DNA from: Octopus sinensis
Taxonomy: Eukaryota
NCBI RefSeq assembly: GCF_006345805.1
Contig: NW_021828690.1
Span: 1-7,915 of the forward strand
Direction: 5' to 3'
Length of the DNA: 7,915 nt
Part shown: one piece after another, positions 1 through 7,315 of the stretch
How the letters are laid out: each line of letters begins with the position of its first letter
Position numbering within the stretch: the first letter of the stretch is position 1
Notes under the pieces: model-generated
Told to the model about the DNA's origin: nothing
The model's input: only the letters and a program-made list of their open reading frames with translations
The model's database searches: none
Made by a program: the position numbers and the translations under genes

Positions 1-291
1 ATAAGGAAAGATATGGACAGGATGAACCAATCTAACCTAAAATCCTTATTGTGTCTTTAAGATACCAAACCATTCACTTAACCCTGTGCTATGACGTTTA
101 CTGCTATCCCTAAATGATGATAATGTTGGAAATTCTTTAGATAACTGGGAAGAGAGTGCACCAATGTAAAGTAGACATCGGTACCGCAAGAAATTTTACA
201 CTGGTATATAGAATTCTTGATGTTAGAATTATTAGACATAAATTTAATTCTGTTGGAGTTGTCCTCAGAGACCAAACCATGTTTTTATTGC

Positions 292-357
292 TATTATTAT
301 TATTATTATATTATTATTATTATTAGTTATTATTATTATTATTTTATTATTATTATA
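292..357. repeat. (TAT)n/(TAA)n trinucleotide microsatellite abutting the 3' end of the minus-strand SINE
   Basis: Directly visible imperfect tattattat run. Confidence 0.95.
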
Positions 358-577
358 TCAAGCAATGATAGGGGGACAAACAAACACCGCACACACCATA
401 TATATATACTATACGATGGGCTTCTTTCAGTTTCCATCTACCAAATCCACTCACAAGGTTTTGGTCGGCCCCTGGCTATAGTAGAAGATACTTGCCCAAG
501 ATATCACGCAGTGGAACTGAACCCGGAACCATGTGGTTGGTAAGCAAGCTACTTACCACACACCCACTCCTGCGCCC
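357..577 (-). mobile_element. tRNA-derived SINE with CORE-like central motif (octopus OR-type family), 3'-truncated
   Basis: Minus strand reads GGGCGCAGGAGTGGGTGTGTGGTAAGTAGCTTGCTTACCAACCACATGGTTCCGGGTTCAGTTCCACTGCG. It has an A-box-like TGGGTGTGTGG (556-566), a B-box-like GGTTCAGTTCC (513-523), a CORE-like CTTGGGCAAGT (490-500) and an internal (TA)/(TG) stretch. Family assignment is from recall of an abundant Octopus repeat, not from a search. Confidence 0.8.
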
Positions 578-623
578 TATTCTCCTGCATTGGTACTCAT
601 TCGTGAAATGAGTACTAGCCTCA

Positions 624-674
624 TGTGTGTTGTGTGTGTGTGTGTGTGTGTGTGAGAGAGTGAGACAGACAGAC

Positions 675-772
<98 letters not shown>
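624..772. repeat. Compound microsatellite (TG)n-(AG)n-(AGAC)n-(AGAT)24
   Basis: Directly visible; the perfect AGAT array is 675-770 (96 bp). Confidence 0.97.
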
Positions 773-1284
773 GGGGCATGCTTGCAGGCGTATATTACGT
801 ATATTACCATATGGCATTCTCCTGACCAGCTGTTGTCTGCGATAAGATCAGAACGACTTCATCACCTTCCGACATTATCGCACCTCCAGAGATGCCGAGC
901 AACAGTAATGGCGGGATTCTTCTGACCCTTATTGTTTTACTGTCTATCATCCATGCAGCCGCCACAACTAACTAGGTGCAGATGTAACCACTCCGATCGG
1001 GAAACAACTTGATTGTTTCACTACATACTGAGGACTTGTTTGCTTGTCTGTTTGTTCCTTTGTTTATCTCCCATTTTTGTTTTCCGTCATATATCTACCG
1101 TATTCAAGATGAAGTGTTTTCTACTTTCCTCTTATCACCACGAATTACCATCTTGCTATGCTCCCTAAGTCCTATGCCAGCTTCGTAAGTTATAAGAGAT
1201 CCAGCTACAAACGGAAACGTCCCACCTGTACACAGGGCATAGGATACTGGTTCGTTGTTCATTCCCCGATTCTTTCACACTGAG

Positions 1285-1462
1285 TTCAAATTTTGGCACA
1301 AGGCCAGCAATTTCGAGTGGGTGTAAGTCGATTTCACCGACGACCAGTGTTCAATTGGTACTTATTTTATCGACCCTGAAACGACGAAGTTGATTCCGGC
1401 AGCATTTGAACCCAGAATGGAAGCATTTTTCCAGTGCGGTAACGATTCTGCTACTCGTCGTC
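1285..1462 (-). mobile_element. tRNA-derived SINE, second family (Meta-domain-like centre), shorter variant
   Basis: Minus strand: A-box TAGCAGAATCG, B-box GGTTCAAATGC, central TTTCAGGGTCGATAAAATAAGTACCA, tail GCTGGCCTTGTGCCAAAATTTGAA. Alignable by eye to the copy at 2082-2302. Confidence 0.8.
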
Positions 1463-1495
1463 TTCCCCAACTCCTTCACAATGTAGATGTACATA

Positions 1496-1641
1496 CACTA
1501 GCGTAGTTAGAGTGTATGCCACCTGGGGCGACCCTTCCATTTATCACCTCTCCCCGGGCCCCATAAAAAACACATATTGCATACAGCGGACCCAAAAGTG
1601 CCGTCCCTTTAAAAGTGCTACTCGGGAGCGGACCGCTAGTG
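1496..1641. mobile_element. Non-autonomous hAT-like MITE (146 bp)
   Basis: Terminal inverted repeats CACTAGCG (1496-1503) / CGCTAGTG (1634-1641). Flanked by an 8-bp near-perfect direct repeat TGTACATA (1488-1495) / TGTACATG (1642-1649); 8-bp TSDs are characteristic of hAT elements. GC-rich interior. Confidence 0.7.
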
Positions 1642-1656
1642 TGTACATGTTGTTAC

Positions 1657-1657
<1 letters not shown>

Positions 1658-1719
<62 letters not shown>

Positions 1720-1735
1720 CGTGCGCGTGTGTGTG

Positions 1736-1768
<33 letters not shown>

Positions 1769-1787
1769 TGTGTGTGTGTGTGTGTGT
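1658..1787. repeat. (GT)n microsatellite with a short (GTGC) interruption
   Basis: Directly visible. Confidence 0.97.
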
Positions 1788-2081
1788 AAATCAAGACCAT
1801 AACCGTTAAGTGCTTATTTGAAAAAAGAAATCGCTTATAAGGTTAAAAAGAAATAAAAACTATCCGAACAAGTCAGGCATTCAAAACACCGTTGTCGCAA
1901 TATATGAATTCTTAGCGTAACGTCTTTTAAAGACAATTTAGACACCAACTAGAACAGGAACGATAGAAGTATAAAAAAAAAAATTAATCCAGGTAACAAG
2001 TGATATTGTCTCCCTGTATGCAAATTATTCTAGGAAATGCCCACCAGGGTTCCCGAAAAATATTGCATTATTAGATAACAA

Positions 2082-2302
2082 GGAGGCGGTCTGGCAGAAT
2101 TGTTAGCACGACGGGCAAAATACTTAGCGGCAGTTCGTCCGCCTTTACGCAATAAGTTCAAATTCCACCGAAGTAGACTTTGCCTTTCATTCTTTCGGGG
2201 GTCGATAAAAGAAGCATCAGACATGCATTGGGATCGATGCAATCGACTCGACTCCTTTCCCAAAATTTCAGACTGTGTGCCTATAGCATAGAAAGGATTA
2301 TT
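2082..2302 (+). mobile_element. tRNA-derived SINE, same family as 1285-1462, near full length
   Basis: A-box TGGCAGAATTG (2092-2102), B-box-like AGTTCAAATTCC (2155-2166), central GCCTTTCATTCTTTCGGGGGTCGATAAAA (Meta-domain-like, from recall), a TCGAT-GCA-ATCGA stem-loop and an ATTATT tail. Confidence 0.85.
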
Positions 2303-2436
2303 GCATAACAATTATATCTACTCTGAATGAGATTTTTGGCCGAAGTAAGCATCAAAACAAAATTTTTGCTTAAACATAGATCTTAATTACAGTACTTGAA
2401 GCAGGCAGAATAATATCAGTGTAGTAGGATTATAAC

Positions 2437-2780
2437 TTCTTTCTTTCTCTCATCTCTTCCCAACACCCGTATAAACTCTGTCTCTCTTTTCTCTCTCTCT
2501 CTCCCTCTCTCTCTCTTTCCCTCTCCCTCTCTCCCTCTCTCTCCTTCTCTCCCCCTCTCTCTCCCCCTCTCTCTCTATTCTACATTTCATCTCATTCATT
2601 CAAACACACACACACATCCACTTTCTTTGTCTCCCACTATCTCTCCAGTCCTCTCACTCAAACACATAGTCTCCATCTCTCCTCCTTTCTGTGTCTCTCC
2701 CTCTCTGACTCTCTCTCTCTCGCTTTCACTTCTCTCTCTCTATTTCTCTCGCACCCTCTCTTTCTCTCTCTTTCTGTCTT
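2437..2780. repeat. Degenerate (CT)n/(CTCC)n polypyrimidine tract with a short (CA)n
   Basis: Directly visible. Confidence 0.93.
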
Positions 2781-2799
2781 CCAATTTCTTATCTACCAC

Positions 2800-3245
2800 T
2801 CATGCACTTACATCTCTACAACGACACCACCACCACCTGTTCAGCAACCACGACTACCACTGCAACCACACTATCACTACCATGAATACACCACCGCACA
2901 ACTACAACCAACCAACACACCACCCCTACCACCATCATCTTCATCGACCACTACTCTACCCTCCACTATACTAATATCACCCCACCCCACCCACCACTGC
3001 CACCACCGCCGCCACCGCCACTACCAACGCCACCAACACTATGTTATGACCACTACTGCACTACCACAAGCACACAACTACTTCTCTACCACACCGCTGT
3101 ACAAGCACCATTATCCCCAACCACAACACGGTACCCTCACCACACCTCTATCCTTACATCACCAACACCACACGACCATTACTCCTCCACACCGCCACGC
3201 CTCCACACTTCTCCACGACCGCGGCCATTATTCACTAATTGCCGC
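2800..3245. repeat. Degenerate (CAC/ACC/ACT)n low-complexity tract
   Basis: Directly visible C/A-rich triplet periodicity. Confidence 0.85.
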
Positions 3246-3299
3246 CATTACTCCATTAAAACATATATTCAAATATCCCCTTTTTTTCTGTTTTACAAC

Positions 3300-3395
3300 T
3301 CATCTTCCATTCATTCAACCTCCTCCTCTCCCTTCTCCTCCTCCACATCATCATTATCATGCTCATTATCATCCTCATCATCATCATCATCCTCA

Positions 3396-3441
<46 letters not shown>

Positions 3442-3535
3442 CATCATCATCATCATCATCATTATCATCATCCTCATCATCATCATCCTCATTATTATTA
3501 TTATTATTATTATTATCATCCTCATTATCATCATC

Positions 3536-3578
<43 letters not shown>

Positions 3579-3715
3579 TATTATTATTATTATCATTATT
3601 ATTATCATCATCATCATTATTATCGTCACCCTCATTATTATTATTACCATTGTTGTTGTTGTTGTTGCTGTTACTGTTGTTGTTGTTACTGTTGCTGTTG
3701 TTGTTATTGTCTTCC
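3300..3715. repeat. Compound triplet array (CCT)-(CAT)n-(TAT)n-(GTT)n
   Basis: Directly visible; it is the source of the poly-H/Y/I/V ORFs in the track. Confidence 0.95.
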
Positions 3716-3837
3716 TCCTTCCTGTTCTTTTCCGTTGCCCAAATGTCTTGTCTTTATACAAAGTTCTTACTCAGAAATTGCTTCTGCCGTTCCTGAACTT
3801 CCTCCCAGTTATAAATCATCAATTCTATATGTACGTA

Positions 3838-3940
3838 ATGTATGTATGTATGTATGTATGTATGTATGTATGTATGTATGTATGTATGTATGTATGTATG
3901 TATGTATGCATGCATGTATGCATGTATGTGTGCATGTATG
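3838..3940. repeat. (TATG)n tetranucleotide microsatellite
   Basis: Directly visible. Confidence 0.96.
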
Positions 3941-3959
3941 AGTGAATATTTGTAAGAAC

Positions 3960-4066
3960 GTATAAATATAAATAAATATATATAATATAAACGTATGTAT
4001 GTATATATATATATGTGTGTATGTGTGTGTATGTATGTATGTGTATATATATATCTATATCTATAT

Positions 4067-4120
<54 letters not shown>

Positions 4121-4310
4121 CATTGCATGTGTGTGAGTGTGTATGTATATATTTATACGTAATATATAGATAGATCTATATCTATATATCTGCCCGTCTC
4201 TCTGTCTTTTCTGTCTTCTCTCTCTCTCTCTCTCTCTCTCTCTACCTTTACATACATACATATATACATATATGCATATATGTATATATATATATGTATA
4301 TATATATATG

Positions 4311-4353
<43 letters not shown>

Positions 4354-4495
4354 TATATATATATATTCGCACATTTATACGTATTTATATGTATATGTGT
4401 GTGTGTGTATATATATATATAAAACATACTTGTGAATGTGTGCGTTTGCATACACACATACATGTATGTATTTTTGCCTTTGTAATTATATACAA
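3960..4495. repeat. Compound (TA)n/(TG)n/(CT)n/(CATA)n simple-repeat tract
   Basis: Directly visible. Confidence 0.93.
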
Positions 4496-5029
4496 TTGTA
4501 TAACTTCGCGTCTGTTATGTTCGGTTTTGTGCGATCCGTTTCGGAGAATATAAATACTACGTAGCTACATTTGTATTCTTTTATCGCATCTACCTACGGA
4601 ACGCCTGCAAATTCTTCAAGGCAGGAAATGTTAACCAAGCACCCTTAGCAAAGGCAACAATAACAGATAACCCCCTTCACAAGAGTTGCAAGGAGAGAGG
4701 CAAAACAAAAGAAGAGAAAAGACCTAGAAAACAAAAGAAAACGATATGAAAGAAAGGAAACCAAGGATATAAGAGACAATTCAAGAAAACTAGCAAAAGA
4801 GCCAAAAAGCAGAAACATTCTCTCGACGGTTTTCTTATCGTTACTCGGCATTGTAGAATGCAGAAAGTTTGGGTCAAGAGCTGAAAGAAGAATATTTATT
4901 TGTTTCTTCGGAGAAGCTTGTTATAATGGAAAGGATGTTACTGAAAGCGAAAGTGAAGTATATCAGCTGATGGTTTGGATAGATCGACACAACGAACACA
5001 AAAATGCATCTACCATTAAATATGTACGT

Positions 5030-5083
5030 AAACACACATGTGTATGTTTATACACACACACACGCACACTCACTCAAACACAA

Positions 5084-5131
<48 letters not shown>

Positions 5132-5165
5132 TATATAGATATATATATAGATATATACATATATT
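5030..5165. repeat. (CA)n followed by (TA/TAGA)n
   Basis: Directly visible. Confidence 0.95.
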
Positions 5166-5531
5166 AAGAAGATGGAATGAATAGGATTTAATCACAAATC
5201 ACAACAATTGTTTCTGTGCATTAATAACAGTTGTTAGTCGCTGAATTTTCTATTCCATATTATTACTTAATTATTATGCAAAAAAAATATCATCCAGCAG
5301 TAGTTATATACCCGCACGTCATCAGGTGAGTGGCTTTGAGAGCAATGCACAGAAACAATTGTTGTTTTGTGATTAAAGCTATTTTGTATGAATTTTGCGT
5401 TCACCAAAGAATTTTCATATGTATATCCAGTACATGGAGTATGGTGGCATATGGTAGCCGATATCTGTATAGGAACTTTGAAATGCACATTATGAGGTTA
5501 TTACTCAGATGAGTATATATATATATATATA

Positions 5532-5612
5532 TTACTCTTTTACTTATTCCAGTCATTGAACTGCGGCCATGCTGGAGCACCACCTTTGGTCGAACGAATC
5601 GACTCAGGATTA
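5532..5612 (-). mobile_element. Isolated 3' tail of a SINE, probably the same family as 357-577
   Basis: Minus strand: CCTGAGTCGATTCGTTCGACCAAAGGTGGTGCTCCAGCATGGCCGCAGTTCAATGACTGGAATAAGTAAAAGAGTAA, followed by (TA)n. It matches my recollection of the Octopus SINE 3' end; the family link is an inference. Confidence 0.7.
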
Positions 5613-5767
5613 AGAACTGAAAAGGTGCAGGTTTTTAAAAAAGATACATACTCTGCTTTGTGTATTGAGTCACAATTTAAGAAAATCCAGAATATATGTC
5701 TGCCCGCATGTGTGAATATATGTGAGTGTGCGTAGATGTGGTTCTGAACATGTGAACAAACGTGTAC

Positions 5768-5772
5768 ATACA

Positions 5773-5813
<41 letters not shown>

Positions 5814-5815
5814 GT
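5768..5815. repeat. (CA)n microsatellite
   Basis: Directly visible. Confidence 0.95.
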
Positions 5816-6054
5816 ATAGAGTGTTTGAAGTGGTGTACAACTAAAAGCATCATATGTGAGAAGTACTGCTCACTGCATACCAGTAAAATCTCGTTACCTG
5901 GATATATAAAATTTCAGCATTTTTTCAGACGCTGATGTCGTAAATAACCAGAAGGCTTATTAAAAATTAATTATTACCGATGGAAGCATAAAACCAAAAC
6001 AATGAAAGTTATAAGAAAGAATACAAGTCTCAATAGTTTGTATTTTTACATTAT

Positions 6055-6094
6055 ATTTCAGTATTTCGGGGTTAGTGACCCTTCTTCAGGAAAT
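6055..6094 (-). ncRNA. Minimal type I hammerhead ribozyme motif (Penelope-like), with one core substitution
   Basis: Minus-strand RNA: AUUUC-CUGAAGA-A-GGG-UCACUAAC-CCC-GAA-AUAC-U-GAAAU. This gives stem I AUUUC/GAAAU (5 bp), core CUGANGA, stem II GGG/CCC, core GAAA and a loopless stem III AUAC (the canonical palindromic form would be AUAU). Confidence 0.7.
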
Positions 6095-6179
6095 CTTCAG
6101 AGAAATCGCGTTTTGAGTTGATTTCTCTACTCTAACATCATTTCTCCGAAAATCTTTCGCCACTATTCTTCCTTCTTAT

Positions 6180-6688
6180 TTACTTCTGATATCTAGGAAT
6201 TGATATTAATCACCCAGCCTGGTATTTTAAGCAAAAATAAAGACCCTGAAATCTATCGAAAATTTCTCTGTGTGGCTCATTTAGTTTGACTAATACACTT
6301 GTAGGCCATCTTCTGATATTCTCTTTTCCTTCTCCAATTCAGAGAGGCTTGGAAACTGGAAGAATTGAAAGCGGCTTGTGTTAAATTTGAATTACTCTAA
6401 ATTGGATAGAAACGTGGAAAGGGCTGGTTTTACTTTGATAAAGTTTCACCTCATTTCCAGTTGTAAATTAACTTCATTGAACTTTGTGAATGCCATGTAA
6501 GCAATGTAACGTTAGCAATCCCATGCTAGCTGTTTCTTAGTTAATTAGAATCTTGGAAGAATTCAAAAATTGTTTTAAAAAGGAAATGAACACATCTCTG
6601 ACAGTTTCCCTTTTGTCAACCTTCGAAATTCTGTGAGCAACAATAAATGTTCAAAATCTTTATCATTCTCAGTCAGGAATTGAGAGCA
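6180..6688 (-). pseudogene. Decayed hAT (Buster/Charlie-like) DNA transposase fragment with stops and frameshifts
   Basis: Manual translation gives SQFLTENDKDFEHLLLLTEFRRLTKG (compare the family motif LLxHTEVRWLSxG), then IAYMAFTKFNEVNLQL, NFIKVKPALSTFLSNL, FFQFPSLSELEKEKRISEDGLQVY, DRFQGL and IPGWVIN (6205-6225; compare IPDWVINPF). These appear in the expected order. Homology may extend to about 6130. Confidence 0.85.
6298..6518. repeat. Inverted repeat, left arm (221 bp; original locus within the hAT fossil)
   Basis: Reverse complement of 7041-7258, differing by 6 substitutions and one 3-nt indel (counted by eye). Confidence 0.97.
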
Positions 6689-6968
6689 TGTGGTGTGTGC
6701 GAGATAGTTGATATATAAAGGCACCTACCTTCTCTTCGCTCCGATAGAGACCCTTCAGTGGTAACGGATCCTTCGTCACAGCCCCGACCCGAACGCTAAA
6801 GATAGCAGCTGCTTCACCCAACCTTAGCAACGTCTTCACACGTCTTAACACCTCGACGACCCACTTTGGAAAAGCCGAAATCCCCGCTGCCTGCGCACGC
6901 CTCACTGCTGTCCCTTCCGGTTGCCCCAGCTTCCGGTCAACGCACCCAGCTGCAGACGTCATCCCACA
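6689..6968 (-). repeat. 3' LTR (280 bp)
   Basis: On the minus strand it starts TGTGG at 6968, immediately after the PPT, and ends CCACA at 6689, a 5-bp terminal inverted repeat. The hAT reading frame resumes exactly at 6688. The partner LTR is not in the window. Confidence 0.75.
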
Positions 6969-6981
6969 CGCCACCCTGATC
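6969..6981 (-). other. Degenerate polypurine tract (PPT)
   Basis: GATCAGGGTGGCG lies between the pol stop (TAA, 6984-6982) and the LTR TG. Confidence 0.6.
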
Positions 6982-6984
6982 TTA

Positions 6985-7044
6985 AAGATCACAATCTCTC
7001 CGCTCCATGTCGTAGTCCACCATCCAACCGGGAGGGCGCCTTGC
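6985..7044. repeat. 60-bp direct repeat, copy 1
   Basis: 58/60 identical to 7256-7315. Confidence 0.97.
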
Positions 7045-7258
7045 TAACGTAACATTGCTTACATGGCATTCACAAAGATCAATGAAGTTAATTTGCAACT
7101 GGAAATGAGGTGAAACTTTATCAAAGTAAAACCAGCCCTTTCCCCGTTTCTATCCAATTTAGAGTAATTCAAATTTAACACAAGCCGCCTTCAATTCTTC
7201 CAGTTTTCAAGCCTCTCTGAATTGGAGAAGAAGAGAATATCAGAAGATGGCCTACAAG
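7041..7258. repeat. Inverted repeat, right arm (218 bp; inserted inverted copy of the hAT fragment)
   Basis: Reverse complement of 6298-6518. It is AT-rich sequence embedded in GC-rich retroelement DNA. Confidence 0.97.
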
Positions 7259-7315
7259 ATCACAATCTCTCCGCTCCATGTCGTAGTCGACCATCCAACC
7301 GCGAGGGCGCCTTGC
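7256..7315. repeat. 60-bp direct repeat, copy 2
   Basis: 58/60 identical to 6985-7044. Confidence 0.97.

Noticed and set aside
112-215. Frame reading NSLDNWEESAPM*SRHRY, reminiscent of a Kelch repeat (W..APM)
   Set aside because: It has a stop immediately after M, no GG or Y motif and no convincing splice sites; too short to distinguish from chance.
476-817. Track ORFs with (LSIY)n, (CV)n, (YI)n and (HT)n repeats, here and at 1512-1809, 3735-4463 and 5540-5809
   Set aside because: They are translations of microsatellites that lack stop codons by composition.
2061-2306. TATTGCAT repeated on both sides of the plus-strand SINE as a possible TSD
   Set aside because: The left copy ends 13 nt before the SINE head and the motif is AT-rich, so it is not a clean TSD.
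3046-3945. 299-aa His/Tyr-rich ORF, superficially like a His-rich structural protein
   Set aside because: It is built from CAC/CAT/TAT/ATT/GTT microsatellites. A 1-nt slip near 3577 turns poly-Y into poly-I, and the ORF ends in (TATG)n. Overlapping ORFs in other frames show it is compositional.
5323-5331. Perfect splice donor CAG|GTGAGT
   Set aside because: There is no good upstream acceptor or recognisable exon peptide, and an isolated consensus donor is not sufficient evidence.
6669-6992. 107-aa minus-strand ORF
   Set aside because: It spans the PPT and the GC-rich LTR and runs into the hAT frame. It has no recognisable domain and is likely open by chance.
6298-7258. Interpretation as a foldback or MITE element with 220-bp TIRs
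   Set aside because: There is no TSD at the outer ends. The arms are internal transposase coding sequence, the left arm is continuous with its flanks, and only the right arm is bracketed by the 60-bp duplication.
6985-7315. Two 60-bp direct repeats with a unique spacer as a CRISPR-like unit
   Set aside because: There are only two copies with a 211-nt spacer, the context is eukaryotic, no cas genes are present, and the template-switch model fully explains it.
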